DNA of 64,000 nucleotides from an uncultured Acidobacteriota bacterium. Lineage in GTDB: Bacteria; Acidobacteriota; Thermoanaerobaculia; UBA5066; DATFVB01. A program made the translations under genes and the position numbers. Every line of letters starts with the position of its first letter. Position 1 is the stretch's first letter. Shown here one piece after another: positions 1 through 10,254 of this stretch. Below the pieces are notes generated by a model. The model was not told the DNA's origin, made no database searches, and was given only the letters and a program-made list of their open reading frames with translations. Location: NCBI GenBank assembly GCA_963813155.1, contig CAWEYG010000001.1:256001-320000 (forward strand), read 5' to 3'.

Positions 1-1112
1 CGCGGACCTTCGGACGATGGCGAAGCTGCTCGCTCACATCGGCGCGAAGAGTGTCGTTCGTCGACAGCGAGGCCGTGCTGGAGGCCGCCGAAATCCGGAC
101 GCCCGAAGCGCCGTACGACCTCGTGAAGACGATGCGGGCTTCGGTGCTCGTCCTCGGCCCCCTGCTCGCCCGGATCGGACACGCGAAGGCCTCTCTCCCG
201 GGCGGGTGCGCGATCGGCGTCCGCCCCATCAACCTTCACATCGCCGCGTTCGAAAAGCTCGGGGCCTCGGTCTCTCTCGAACACGGTGACGTCGAAGCGC
301 GAGCGTCGCGCCTGAGGGGCGCGGATTTCTTCTTCGACCAGGTCTCCGTGACCGGCACCGAAAATGCGATGCTCGCCGCCGTCCTGGCCGCGGGAACGAC
401 CCGGCTCGGCAACGCGGCGAGGGAACCGGAGGTCCAGGACCTCGCCCGGCTCCTGACGAAGATGGGCGCGAGGATCTCCGGAGCCGGCGACAGCGAGATC
501 GTCATCGAGGGGGTCGAGCGGCTGCACGGCGCCGAGCACTCGATCCTCGCGGACCGGATCGAGGCTGGGACCTATGCGGCGGCGGCCGCCGCGACGGGCG
601 GGGACGTCGAGATCGAAAGCGCGGACGCCGCGGCGCTTTCCGCTCCGCTCGCAAAGCTGCGTGAAATGGGGGCCGACGTCCACATTTGCGACGATGGATT
701 TCGGGTCCGCGCCCCGGGAGCCCTTCGCGCCTCGGACGTGACGACCGCTCCCTATCCGGGGTTTCCGACCGATCTGCAGGCGCAATTCATGGCGCTGGCG
801 ACGCGCGCGGCCGGAGTTTCGGCCGTGACGGAGAACATCTTCGAAAATCGATTTCAGCACGTTCCCGAACTGGCCCGCATGGGAGCGAGGATTTCGGTCG
901 ATGGCCACTGTTCCTCGGTCGAGGGACCGTCGCCGCTCCTCGGTGCCTCCGTCATGGCGACCGACCTGCGCGCGTCCGCTTCGCTCGTGATCGCGGGACT
1001 GATGGCGGAGGGAACGACCATGGTCGACCGGATCTACCACCTCGACCGGGGATACGACCGGATGGAGGAGAAATTGAACGCGCTCGGCGCGAAGATCGAG
1101 AGGATCCGATGA
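1..1112 (+). CDS. murA: UDP-N-acetylglucosamine 1-carboxyvinyltransferase (5' truncated by window edge; apparent +1 frameshift near nt 50)
   Basis: Motifs [44 protein letters not shown] in ORF 51..1112. Upstream MurA-like [15 protein letters not shown] lies in the adjacent frame. Confidence 0.97.
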   Translation, partial: RTFGRWRSCSLTSARRVSFVDSEAVLEAAEIRTPEAPYDLVKTMRASVLVLGPLLARIGHAKASLPGGCAIGVRPINLHIAAFEKLGASVSLEHGDVEARASRLRGADFFFDQVSVTGTENAMLAAVLAAGTTRLGNAAREPEVQDLARLLTKMGARISGAGDSEIVIEGVERLHGAEHSILADRIEAGTYAAAAAATGGDVEIESADAAALSAPLAKLREMGADVHICDDGFRVRAPGALRASDVTTAPYPGFPTDLQAQFMALATRAAGVSAVTENIFENRFQHVPELARMGARISVDGHCSSVEGPSPLLGASVMATDLRASASLVIAGLMAEGTTMVDRIYHLDRGYDRMEEKLNALGAKIERIR

Positions 1113-1441
1113 GCGAGTGCCTCTTCTGCAAGATCGTGCGGGGGGAGATTCCGAGCCGCAAAATCGCGGAAGACGACGACGTCTTCGCCTTCGAAGACAT
1201 CGCCCCGCGGGCACCGACGCACATCCTCGTCGTGCCGAAGGAACACCTCGACGGGATCGCCGCCGCGACGGACGCCGCGGCCCTGGGAAAGGTCTTTCTC
1301 GCGGCCGCGCGAATCGCGAAGGATCGGGGACTGGAGGACTACCGGCTCGTCGTGAACAATGGCGAAAAGGCGGGCCAGTCGGTCTTTCACTTCCACGTGC
1401 ACGTGCTGGCCGGCCGGCCGTTCTCCTGGCCGCCCGGCTAG
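1109..1441 (+). CDS. HIT (histidine triad) nucleotide-binding protein, Hint-like
   Basis: [16 protein letters not shown]-terminus and [16 protein letters not shown] triad. ATGA overlap with the murA stop. Confidence 0.93.
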   Translation: MSECLFCKIVRGEIPSRKIAEDDDVFAFEDIAPRAPTHILVVPKEHLDGIAAATDAAALGKVFLAAARIAKDRGLEDYRLVVNNGEKAGQSVFHFHVHVLAGRPFSWPPG

Positions 1442-1448
1442 CCGGCTG

Positions 1449-2147
1449 CTAGGGGCTTGCCGGCAATTTGATCTTTCGCCGGTTTTCGAACGCAGGGACT
1501 TCGGAGTAAACGGTAATTCGCGCTTTTTCCCTCAGGTCTTTCGTCCACTTGTCGACCTCTTCCGACGTGCGGCGCGCCCGAAGCTCGTCGCGGACCTCCT
1601 CCTCCGCCGAGGACAGAGGCGGAACCGGCCGGCCCGCGCGACGATACTCTTCGGAGAACGCCCCTTCGTATTCCGCTTGAAGGTCCTCCGCCGAGATGAA
1701 GGCGAGCGCGGAAAACCGCTCGCGGACGTACTGGGAAACCACCATCTGCTTTTCGATCGAAGCACGCACCTCTTCGATCGTCATCCCCGCGGCCCGAAAT
1801 TCACGGTCGGGGTCTTTCCCCTCGGATTGCAGTCTCTGCCGAAGCTTACGGAGGGCTTCATCGACGGCGGCCGCATCCGGAGACGCCGGCGCGAATCGCA
1901 AAGCATCGCGGTAGCGAAGGTAATCGTCGATCATTTCGGAAAGAACCCGGTCGCGGAACTGCATCTCGCTCTCCGCGGCAGATTGCGTGATGCCGGCCGT
2001 CAGAATCGTCCGTCTCACCTCGGATTCCGTGATCGCGCGGCCGTCGACGGTCGCCGCGACCCGGTCGAGAATCGCGGCTCGCGACAGGCTCGCCGCGAAA
2101 AGAACGGCGGAGGCCGCCATGGCCCTCCCGAGCCTCGTTGTCCTCAT
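1449..2147 (-). CDS. SurA N-terminal-domain-like periplasmic chaperone
   Basis: Signal peptide, then ILDRVAATVDGRAITESEV and C-terminal WTKDLREKARI; no PPIase domain evident. Confidence 0.75.
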   Translation of the reverse strand: MRTTRLGRAMAASAVLFAASLSRAAILDRVAATVDGRAITESEVRRTILTAGITQSAAESEMQFRDRVLSEMIDDYLRYRDALRFAPASPDAAAVDEALRKLRQRLQSEGKDPDREFRAAGMTIEEVRASIEKQMVVSQYVRERFSALAFISAEDLQAEYEGAFSEEYRRAGRPVPPLSSAEEEVRDELRARRTSEEVDKWTKDLREKARITVYSEVPAFENRRKIKLPASP

Positions 2148-2173
2148 CGGCCGATTTTATCTATTCTTGGAGG

Positions 2174-3019
2174 GTGCCGGACACGGGAAAGCTCTTCGTC
2201 GTTGCCACCCCGATCGGAAATCTCGAGGATCTGTCGCCCCGCGCCATCTCCACGCTGCGCGGCGTCTCGGCGATCTTCTGCGAGGACACGCGAGTGACGG
2301 GAAAACTCTCGGCGCGCTTCGGGTTCGACGCCCCGAGATTCTCCTGCCACGAGCACAACGAGGCCGCGCGCGTCGGCGAGCTCCTCGACCGGCTCTCCCG
2401 TGGCGAGGACGTCGCGTACGTCTCCGACGCCGGAACGCCCGGCGTGTCCGATCCAGGACGGCGTCTGGTCGCCGGCGCGGCGGGGGCCGGATACGAAGTC
2501 CGCGTCGTGCCGGGGCCCTCCGCGGCGGTCTCCGCGCTGGCCGTCTCCGGGTTGCCCGGCGTTCCGCACCTGTTCCTCGGCTTCCCTCCCTCCCGGCGCG
2601 GCCCGCGCCGGGCCTTCTTCGAGCGCCTTCGGGACCGCGCCGAGACGCTCGTTTTCTTCGAGGCGCCCCACCGGCTCGCGGCCTCCCTCGCAGACGCGGC
2701 CGAAACGCTCGGCGAGCGAGCTGCCGCGGTGGGCCGGGAGCTGACGAAGATCCACGAAGAGGTGGTCCGGGGAAGCCTTGGCGAGCTTGCGCGAGGGTTC
2801 GCGACCGGGCCGGTCCGGGGCGAGTGCGTCGTCGTCGTCGAGGGAGCTTCGCCCGCCGAAAAAGCGCACGGCCAGCCGACGGACGACGAGATCGACGCGG
2901 AGCTCGCGTCGCTCGCCGCGCAGGGCCTCAGCGCGCGAGAGCGCGCCAAGGTGGTGGCGCGAAAGACGGGAGTGCCGTCGCGCGACGTCTACGCGAGAAT
3001 CCTCCGCGAAAAAGAGTAG
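2174..3019 (+). CDS. rsmI: 16S rRNA (cytidine1402-2'-O)-methyltransferase
   Basis: LFVVATPIGNLEDLSPRA, CEDTR, SDAGTPGVSDPG, RELTKIHEE. GTG start at 2174 chosen. Confidence 0.95.
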   Translation: MPDTGKLFVVATPIGNLEDLSPRAISTLRGVSAIFCEDTRVTGKLSARFGFDAPRFSCHEHNEAARVGELLDRLSRGEDVAYVSDAGTPGVSDPGRRLVAGAAGAGYEVRVVPGPSAAVSALAVSGLPGVPHLFLGFPPSRRGPRRAFFERLRDRAETLVFFEAPHRLAASLADAAETLGERAAAVGRELTKIHEEVVRGSLGELARGFATGPVRGECVVVVEGASPAEKAHGQPTDDEIDAELASLAAQGLSARERAKVVARKTGVPSRDVYARILREKE

Positions 3020-3021
3020 GC

Positions 3022-4641
3022 CTACGGGACCTCGGGAAGCATCGGGGCGAGCAGCCAGTTGAAGTCCGCTTCGAGCCGGAGCTCGCCTTGGCGCCGGGCG
3101 TCCGCGATCAACAGGTCGCGGATCGACTCCCTCTCCTGGCCGACTCGCGCCGCCTCTCGCCAGACGCGGTAGCCGCCCGCCCCGGCGGCCCGATACGAGT
3201 TGAGAGCCACCGTGAAGGAATCGCCGTCGGAGACGCCTTTTTCGGCTCGGCGAAGGTAGAGCAACCGGTCTCCCGCGGGCCTCGTGGGGTCGATCGCGTA
3301 GTCAGCTCCCGCGAGGGTGTCGCAATTGAAATAGAACACGTCGGAGCCGCGCTTCCAGGCAAACCCTCCGTCGGCAGCCTGGAGGCCCGAGAAGCATCCG
3401 GCCGCCCTCTCCAGCGCCGAACGCACCTGGCTGCCGCTCGCGCGCACGGTCACGAGCGAATTCTCGTACGGGTAGAACCTCCAAACGTCCCGGATCGTCA
3501 GGGGACCGGCTTTCCAATCGGGAAGCCGAGCCGCCAGGATCGAAGAAAAGGAGAGGTCCGCTCCCGTCGCTTCGCGCTGGACCCGGTGAACCCAGTCGAG
3601 CGCCGCGTTGTCGGACGACCGGAGGAAGCGAAACGAAACCGGCGCCCGGAGGCGCGCGATCGTCGTGGAGAGGGTCTCCTCGACGCGGCGGACGTCTTCC
3701 GCGACGAGACGAAGAATTTCGCCGTCCGGCTCCGTTCCCTTCATCGGAAGATTCTCCCCTCCGATCGAAGCGATCCTCCCCTTCTCGATCTCCAGGTCGT
3801 ATCGCGTCAGGAAATTGCCGTAGCGGCCCGGGATGGAGACCCAGACCTTTCCGATCCGCCGCGGTGGAAGGTTCTCGTGGGAGTGGCCTGCCAGGAGGAT
3901 GTCGATCCCGTCGACGCCGGTCGCGAGGGCCCAGCCGCGATTCTCGGCCGCCCACACGGGATCCGGCGGCCTTCCGGCCCCGAGATCGCGCTCGAAGCCC
4001 TGGTGAGTGAGCACGATCACGATCCCGCAGCGCTCGCGGCCGCGAAGGATCGGAACGTATTTCCGCGCAGTCTCGACCGTGTCGAGGAAATGCAGCCGCC
4101 CCAGATGCGAGGGGGACTCCCAGCTCGGCACCGCCGAGACGGTCAGGCCGAGCACGCCGATCCGAACGCCCGCGCGCTCGAAAATCGCGAACGGCCGAAA
4201 GACCGGCATGCCCTTTTCGTCGACGATGTTGGCGGATAGAAACGGAAACCGGGCGTCCCGGCGCGCCCTTTCGAGGACGTCGAGACCGAAATCGAACTCG
4301 TGGTTGCCGACGCACATGGCGTCGTAGCCCGCGCCGTTCATGGCGCGAATCGTCGGGTCGCCGGACCGGCCCGCGCGGGCGTGCAGGGCCTCGAGGGGCG
4401 TCCCTTCGATCGTGTCGCCCGAGTCCAGGAGAAGCACGGGATTTCCTTCGGACCGGATCGCGGCGACCCGCGAAGCGACGCGAGCGAGCCCCTCGCCGAG
4501 GTCCTGGCCGGCCAGCTCGTCCTGCGGCTCGACGTGGCCGTGCAGGTCCGACGTCGCGAGGATCGTGACATGCGCCCCTCGCGCGAGCGAAGCCCCGACG
4601 ATCGAAAACCCGGCGAGGAGCAAGCGAGCCCGAAACCGCAT
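3022..4641 (-). CDS. Secreted bifunctional metallophosphatase/5'-nucleotidase (CpdB/UshA family)
   Basis: Signal peptide; TSDLHG, DSGD, GNHEFD, GHSH metallophosphoesterase motifs; YPYEN and NSYRA in the 5'-nucleotidase C-domain. Confidence 0.9.
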   Translation of the reverse strand: MRFRARLLLAGFSIVGASLARGAHVTILATSDLHGHVEPQDELAGQDLGEGLARVASRVAAIRSEGNPVLLLDSGDTIEGTPLEALHARAGRSGDPTIRAMNGAGYDAMCVGNHEFDFGLDVLERARRDARFPFLSANIVDEKGMPVFRPFAIFERAGVRIGVLGLTVSAVPSWESPSHLGRLHFLDTVETARKYVPILRGRERCGIVIVLTHQGFERDLGAGRPPDPVWAAENRGWALATGVDGIDILLAGHSHENLPPRRIGKVWVSIPGRYGNFLTRYDLEIEKGRIASIGGENLPMKGTEPDGEILRLVAEDVRRVEETLSTTIARLRAPVSFRFLRSSDNAALDWVHRVQREATGADLSFSSILAARLPDWKAGPLTIRDVWRFYPYENSLVTVRASGSQVRSALERAAGCFSGLQAADGGFAWKRGSDVFYFNCDTLAGADYAIDPTRPAGDRLLYLRRAEKGVSDGDSFTVALNSYRAAGAGGYRVWREAARVGQERESIRDLLIADARRQGELRLEADFNWLLAPMLPEVP

Positions 4642-4672
4642 CCGCGTCGGAGCTTAACGGTAGAATCGCGGC

Positions 4673-5341
4673 GTGCCAAGAGAATCCGCGGCCGCCCGGC
4701 AGAAGCGCGCGAAGGAAATCGTTCGACGTCTCGCGAAAGAGTATCCGGACGCTCGCTGCTGGCTCAACTACCGAAACCCCTTCGAGCTTTTCGTCGCGAC
4801 CGTGCTCTCCGCGCAGTGCACGGACACGAGGGTCAACGAGGTCACGAAGACGCTGTTTCGGAAATACCGGACTCCCTCGGACTACTCCGGCGCGCCCCCG
4901 GGACAACTCGAGGCCGACATCCGCCCGACGGGGTTTTTCAACAGCAAAGGGAGAAGCCTCCGCCGCGCGACGGCGATGATCCAGAAAGAATTCGGCGGGC
5001 GGCTTCCCGAATCCGAAGAGGACCTCCTGAAGCTCCCCGGCGTCGGGAGGAAAACCGCAAACGTCATCCGCGGCAACGCGTTTCACGAGCCCGCCGGAAT
5101 GGTCGTCGACACGCACGTCGGCCGCCTCGCTCGCCGGCTCGGTCTGACCCGCGAGGAAGACCCCGTCAAGGTCGAGAGCGACCTGAACGAGCTTGTCCCC
5201 GCCGCCGAGCGCACGATGCTCGCGCATCGCCTGATCGAGCACGGGCGGAAAGTCTGCACCGCCCGAAGAGCGCGCTGCGAAACGTGCGCCCTGGCCGACC
5301 TCTGCCCCAAAGTCGGTGTTTCGCTGCGGGCCGCCGGATAG
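4673..5341 (+). CDS. nth: Endonuclease III
   Basis: LSAQCTD, LPGVGRKTAN helix-hairpin-helix, VDTHV, and C-X6-C-X2-C-X5-C Fe-S motif. Confidence 0.96.
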   Translation: MPRESAAARQKRAKEIVRRLAKEYPDARCWLNYRNPFELFVATVLSAQCTDTRVNEVTKTLFRKYRTPSDYSGAPPGQLEADIRPTGFFNSKGRSLRRATAMIQKEFGGRLPESEEDLLKLPGVGRKTANVIRGNAFHEPAGMVVDTHVGRLARRLGLTREEDPVKVESDLNELVPAAERTMLAHRLIEHGRKVCTARRARCETCALADLCPKVGVSLRAAG

Positions 5342-5363
5342 CCCCGGGGAACTCGACGAAGCC

Positions 5364-6338
5364 CTATTTCGGGTTCACGTAGACGACGACGTTCAGGTAG
5401 GCCGGGACCGGGCGGCCGTCGCGGAGGGCAGGCTTGTACTTCCATCGGAGGAGGGCCGCGACGATCGGCCGCTCCAGCCCGGGAGGCCCGTGCGGCGAGA
5501 TTCGAACGGACGCCACGTCGCCGCTCTCGGTGATCACCGCTTGCGCCGTGAACGGGCCCTCGGAACGCAGGTTTCGGCGGAGCGACTCGGACAGGACCGG
5601 CTCCACGCGACGGAGCAGAACGGGAGGAACGGTGGCGGCCGCCGCGGTCTCGTCGCGAAGCGTCGAGGGCGTTTCGGCCAAGGCTCCGTCGGGCTTGCCG
5701 GAGAGCGCGCCGGCGGGCGCCGGGGAGGGCTCGCTGGTCGGCGGCTCCGGCCGCGCGGCAGCGGCCACGCGGTCCCCCGATTTCTCGGCGCGCGCCGGCG
5801 CCTCCGCCGGCTCGGGCGGGGCTGCTCCCGCATCCGGAGCGAATTTTCCGGTCGGGGCCGAGGCGGGCCGGGGACGATCGGCCCTCTGCTGCGGCACCGC
5901 CTCTTCGTCCGGCAATTTCGGCTCTTCCGAGGGCGAGACGGACGTCGGCCGGGTCTCGGCAACCATCGACACGGGGGCCGGGTGCGAACGGGAGGAGCGA
6001 AAGCTGTAGAGCGAGAGCACTCCCACGAGGCACGTCGCGACGACGCTGGTCCACAGGAGATCGATTTCGAGCCGAATGTAGCGAACGGGAGGTCGCCACC
6101 GCAGCCTCGCGTCCAGCCGCCGCGCGATCCTCTCGGCGAGCGCCGGATCGGCCGGCTCCTCCCGCGCCTGCCGGTAGAGGGCCAGGACCGCCTCGAACTC
6201 CGCCTCGGCGGAGGAGCACTCGGAGCATTCCGCGGAGTGGAGCTCGTATTCGCGGCGCTCGGCCGCCGTCAACTCGCCGTCGTGCAGGCGGGACAGAAAC
6301 CCGATGGAGCGGGTCGGATGAGCGGCGGCATGTCTCAA
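5364..6338 (-). CDS. Putative anti-sigma factor: zf-HC2 (ZAS) domain, TM helix, Pro/Ala linker, TonB C-terminal domain
   Basis: DGELTAAERREYELHSAECSEC (HxxxCxxC), hydrophobic LLWTSVVATCLVGVLSLY, C-terminal WKYKPALRDGRPV. TTG start overlaps the sigma stop (TTGA). Confidence 0.8.
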   Translation of the reverse strand: MRHAAAHPTRSIGFLSRLHDGELTAAERREYELHSAECSECSSAEAEFEAVLALYRQAREEPADPALAERIARRLDARLRWRPPVRYIRLEIDLLWTSVVATCLVGVLSLYSFRSSRSHPAPVSMVAETRPTSVSPSEEPKLPDEEAVPQQRADRPRPASAPTGKFAPDAGAAPPEPAEAPARAEKSGDRVAAAARPEPPTSEPSPAPAGALSGKPDGALAETPSTLRDETAAAATVPPVLLRRVEPVLSESLRRNLRSEGPFTAQAVITESGDVASVRISPHGPPGLERPIVAALLRWKYKPALRDGRPVPAYLNVVVYVNPK

Positions 6339-6907
6339 GAGCGCCCCTTTGGCCGCGAGAGGACCGGGGCGAGTATCTCCTTGAGCCGCCCGCGTCCCCG
6401 CGCGATACGAGATTTTACAGTACCCACCGGCAGTCCAAGGGACACCGCGATCTCCTCGTAGTTCCACCCGTCGAGGTCCCGAAGGATGACCGGCATTCGA
6501 AACTCTTCGGGAAGGTGCCGGAGCGCTTCCGAAACGAACCGGCGCGATTCCTCCGCCGAGGCGTCCGCCTCCGGGTCCTCGCGGGCGGGCGGCTCCACGC
6601 GATCCAATGCCGGAGCCGGGGAAAAAACCCGGCGAAACCTTCCCCGAAACCGATATCGGTTCTTGACGGCGTTGTGCGCGATCGCCGCGAGCCACGCGCG
6701 CGCCGGCGCGTCGCCCCGATATCCCCCGAGACCGCGAAACGCGCGAAAGAAGATTTCCTGCGCCAGGTCTTCCGCGTCCTCGACTCCGACCGCCCGAACC
6801 ATCCATCCAAACACGCTGGCGGAGTGACGCGCGACGAACTCGTCGAACGCGCGATGATCTCCCCGTCGCGCGCGAAGCAGGAGCTCTTCGTCCGAGTTTT
6901 CTTTCAA
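6335..6907 (-). CDS. ECF-family RNA polymerase sigma-70 factor
   Basis: DAEDLAQEIF, WLAAIAHN (region 2) and YEEIAVSLGLPVGTVKSRIARGR (region 4). Confidence 0.95.
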   Translation of the reverse strand: MKENSDEELLLRARRGDHRAFDEFVARHSASVFGWMVRAVGVEDAEDLAQEIFFRAFRGLGGYRGDAPARAWLAAIAHNAVKNRYRFRGRFRRVFSPAPALDRVEPPAREDPEADASAEESRRFVSEALRHLPEEFRMPVILRDLDGWNYEEIAVSLGLPVGTVKSRIARGRGRLKEILAPVLSRPKGRS

Positions 6908-7180
6908 CCTCTTGTCCGTTCGGGACTTCGCGGAATTTCCGCCGGGTCATCGGAAAACCCTGTGAAAAACCTGCGGATTGAGCTCGAAAACCGCGGCCAA
7001 TCGGCCTCTGAGTTCGATTTGCACTCGTTCTTGTGCTGAACGAAAAGCCCCGTGTTTTCAGCCAGCGAGGCCCGTGGCCCGCGAAACCTCAACGAATTCC
7101 GCCCACGAGCCGGGTGTCGAGTTTTTTTTCCACACGTTCCGGCCTTTTCTTTCTTCAAGTTACTTCGCCGCCAAGGCGAT

Positions 7181-8770
7181 TCACGATCCGAATTCGCCGT
7201 AGACCGTCTTGAGACCCGCGACGATTTCGCCGAGAGTGGCGCCCGCGTCGACGCATCGAACGATGCCTGGCATCAAGTTGCGATCCTCCCTCGCGTCGCG
7301 AATCAGCGAGGATACGGTAGCTCCGGATTTTTTCGCGTCGCGACTCGCCCGGAAAGCCGCGAGCCTCGCGAGTTGGTCTCGCTCGACGGCCGGATCGGCC
7401 GAGTGGAGCGCGGGTGCGACCCCCTCGGTCTCCGCGTAGGCGTTCACGCCCACGACGATGCGCGACTTTTCTTCCACCTCGCGCTGAGCCCGGAAAGCCG
7501 CCTCCTCGATCCGGCGCGCGAAGAAGCCGGAGTCGATCGCCGCGAGCGCGCCCCCGAGGGAGTCGATCTTTTCGATCAGGACCTTTGCGCGGTCGTGGAT
7601 TTCACGAGTCCATCCTTCCACGAGGTACGACCCTCCCAGCGGGTCGACCGTGTCGGCGACGCCGGATTCTTCCGCGATCACCTGCTGGGTGCGCAGAGCG
7701 AGCTTCGCCGAGGACTCCGTCGGGAGGGCGAGAGCCTCGTCGAACGCGTTCGTGTGGAGCGATTGGGCTCCGCCCAGCACGGCCGACAGCGCTTCGAGGG
7801 TCGTTCGCACGATGTTGACCTCGGGCTGTTGCGCCGTCAGGGTCGAACCGGCCGTCTGGGCGTGAAACCGCATCGTCCACGATCGAGGATTTTTCGCGCC
7901 GAACCGGTCCCGCACGATCTCCGCCCAGAGCCAGCGCGCGGCCCGGAATTTCGCGACTTCCTCGAAAAAATTCGAGTGTGCGTTGAAGAAGAACGAGAGG
8001 CGCGGAGCGAAATCGTCGATCTCCAGGCCTCTCGCGAGCGCCGCTTCGACGTAGGCGACCCCGTTGGCCAGAGTGAAAGCGACTTCCTCGACCGCGGTCG
8101 AGCCCGCCTCGCGGATGTGATACCCCGAAATCGAGATCGTGTTCCAGCGCGGGACAGAATCCCGGCAGAACTCGAAGAGGTCGGTCGCGATCTTCATCGA
8201 GGGTTTCGGCGGAAACACGTAGGTGCCCCGGGCGATGAATTCCTTGAGGATGTCGTTCTGAACCGTGCCCGAGAGATCGCCCCAGTCGATCCCCCGCCGG
8301 CGCGCCGCCGTCAGGTAGAGCGCAAGCAGGATCGCTGCGGTCGAGTTGATCGTCATGGATACCGAAATCCGGTCGAGCGGCAGGCCCGCCGTCAGAATTT
8401 CCATGTCTTCGAGCGTCGAGATCGCGACTCCGACCTTTCCGACCTCTCCCCGGGCGAGCGGGTCGTCCGAATCGAGGCCGATCTGCGTCGGGAGGTCGAA
8501 CGCGATCGAGAGGCCGGTTTGCCCGCGTTCCAGGAGAAAACGGTAGCGGGCGTTCGATTCCCTCGCGCTTCCGAACCCGGCGTACTGCCGCATCGTCCAC
8601 AGGCGCGAACGGTAGCCGTCGGGCGAGATTCCGCGCGCAAACGGGTACTCCCCGGGCCGGCCGGCTTCGGAGGCCTCCGCGGCCGTGTAGACGGGCAGAA
8701 TGGGAATCTCGGACGACGTCGCGGCCGCGACCGTCCGTCCTGGTTTCCTTTCGCGCGGGGTGTCCGCCAC
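7181..8770 (-). CDS. Methylmalonyl-CoA mutase substrate-binding (large) subunit, no fused B12-binding domain
   Basis: [55 protein letters not shown]. Confidence 0.93.
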   Translation of the reverse strand: MADTPRERKPGRTVAAATSSEIPILPVYTAAEASEAGRPGEYPFARGISPDGYRSRLWTMRQYAGFGSARESNARYRFLLERGQTGLSIAFDLPTQIGLDSDDPLARGEVGKVGVAISTLEDMEILTAGLPLDRISVSMTINSTAAILLALYLTAARRRGIDWGDLSGTVQNDILKEFIARGTYVFPPKPSMKIATDLFEFCRDSVPRWNTISISGYHIREAGSTAVEEVAFTLANGVAYVEAALARGLEIDDFAPRLSFFFNAHSNFFEEVAKFRAARWLWAEIVRDRFGAKNPRSWTMRFHAQTAGSTLTAQQPEVNIVRTTLEALSAVLGGAQSLHTNAFDEALALPTESSAKLALRTQQVIAEESGVADTVDPLGGSYLVEGWTREIHDRAKVLIEKIDSLGGALAAIDSGFFARRIEEAAFRAQREVEEKSRIVVGVNAYAETEGVAPALHSADPAVERDQLARLAAFRASRDAKKSGATVSSLIRDAREDRNLMPGIVRCVDAGATLGEIVAGLKTVYGEFGS

Positions 8771-8816
8771 GCGACGATTCTAGCGTGGATCATTCGGTCT
8801 GATAGAATTCGAACGC

Positions 8817-10223
8817 TTGGGAAACCATCTCTCCGGGAGAATCGAATCCTTCGACCTCATCGATCTCGTCCAATGGCTGGAAGTGCGCCGCGTGTCCGGC
8901 CGGTTGACGCTGTCGAAGGGCGACGATCGGAAAACGATCGACTGGAAAGACGGCGACATCGTGTACGTCTCGGGCGGACGGCCCGCGGACCGGCTCGGCT
9001 ATTCCCTCCTGCGGTCGCGCGCGATCGACGTCTCCGGCCTCTACTCCGCCCTCGCCGAGAACCTCGTCGACGGGAAGAAACTGACCTACATCCTCCTCGA
9101 AAACAATCTCATCAGCCGCGAGCGGCTCGGCGGCGTGATCGAGACTCTCGCGAAGCGCCTCCTCCGCGAAGTGCTCACCTGGAGGAGAGGCCGCTTCGAA
9201 TTCGACCCGGATTTCCAGGCGGAAGACGTCCTTCAAATCCACCTCCGGCTCAAGGGGCAGGTCATCGCCTTCGAAGCGGTCAAGGAGATCGACGACACCG
9301 CGCGGACAGCCCGCGCCCCCTCCGAAGAAGAGGAGGGCGAGACCTGGGAGCAGCGGTTTCGGCCCGAATCCCTCGAAGAAGCGTTCTGGGAAATCCGCTG
9401 TCGTGTGACCGAAGAAGGCGACGTCGCGAAGGAAAAGGCGCGGTTCCTGTCTTTCCGGCGCTTCGGAAATGCCCTGCGAACCCGCCTGGCGGCCCCCCTC
9501 TCGTTTCTGCCGATCTACGAGGACAGCGCGCGGTATGCAGGCGAGCTGTTGCAAGGACCGGACGGACCCGAGACGGGCGAGAAGCTGCTCGGCCTCGTCG
9601 ATCTCGACCCGTTCTTCACGCTGAACCTGCTGTTACTCTCGAATTCTCTCGCGGTCGCGGGTATCCGGCGCGTCACGACGGCGAGGGAGTCTCGCCGCCG
9701 GATCGGCGACGCGGCATTTCGGGCATTCGTGGAGCGCCTCGCGTCCGCCCGTTCGGGCACTCGGTCCTCGGCGGACCCGGTTTCGCGCGTCCTGCGCCGG
9801 GCCGCTCTCGCAGCAGCTTTCGCGGCGCGGGCGTCGTCGAAGGACGACGTCGACCCGGAAGAGGCTTACGTCGCGGGGCTTCTGCACGCGACTCCCTATG
9901 CCGATCTTCTCGGCGCCGTCGAATCCGCCGCCCTGCCGCCGGGCGCGTTCCGTGCCGCTGCGGTCGAGTATTACCGGCCGGACGTCGGAAGGGTTCGAAG
10001 CGAAGCCTGGAGGCTGCCCGGTTCGCTCACCGCCGTCCTGTCGGACGCCGGGGAAAAGAATCCGCCGGCGCTCGTCGCGGCGGTCCGACAGGCGCGGAGC
10101 ACGATCCCGGGCTGCGCGATCGGCCCCCCTCCGGAATCGCCCCGAAGAGGCTCGGGACAACGCGCGGAGGTTCGCTCGGGCCTTCGGAGGGTCTTCGACC
10201 TCCTGGGTCTCGGAGAACCGTGA
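8817..10223 (+). CDS. DUF4388 (PATAN-like) domain protein with C-terminal HDOD-like domain
   Basis: N-terminal LSGRIESFDLIDLVQWL...SGRLTL...DRLGYSLL...WRRGRFEF; C-terminal DPFFTLNLLLLSNS and EEAYVAGLLH typical of HDOD. Confidence 0.72.
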   Translation: MGNHLSGRIESFDLIDLVQWLEVRRVSGRLTLSKGDDRKTIDWKDGDIVYVSGGRPADRLGYSLLRSRAIDVSGLYSALAENLVDGKKLTYILLENNLISRERLGGVIETLAKRLLREVLTWRRGRFEFDPDFQAEDVLQIHLRLKGQVIAFEAVKEIDDTARTARAPSEEEEGETWEQRFRPESLEEAFWEIRCRVTEEGDVAKEKARFLSFRRFGNALRTRLAAPLSFLPIYEDSARYAGELLQGPDGPETGEKLLGLVDLDPFFTLNLLLLSNSLAVAGIRRVTTARESRRRIGDAAFRAFVERLASARSGTRSSADPVSRVLRRAALAAAFAARASSKDDVDPEEAYVAGLLHATPYADLLGAVESAALPPGAFRAAAVEYYRPDVGRVRSEAWRLPGSLTAVLSDAGEKNPPALVAAVRQARSTIPGCAIGPPPESPRRGSGQRAEVRSGLRRVFDLLGLGEP

Positions 10224-10254
10224 CCGGAACCCGAATGCCGGATACACTCACCGC

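Noticed and set aside
7018-7040. TTTGCACTC...GTGCTGA resembling a CIRCE element
   Set aside because: Spacing and second arm do not fit TTAGCACTC-N9-GAGTGCTAA, and it is not upstream of a chaperone gene.
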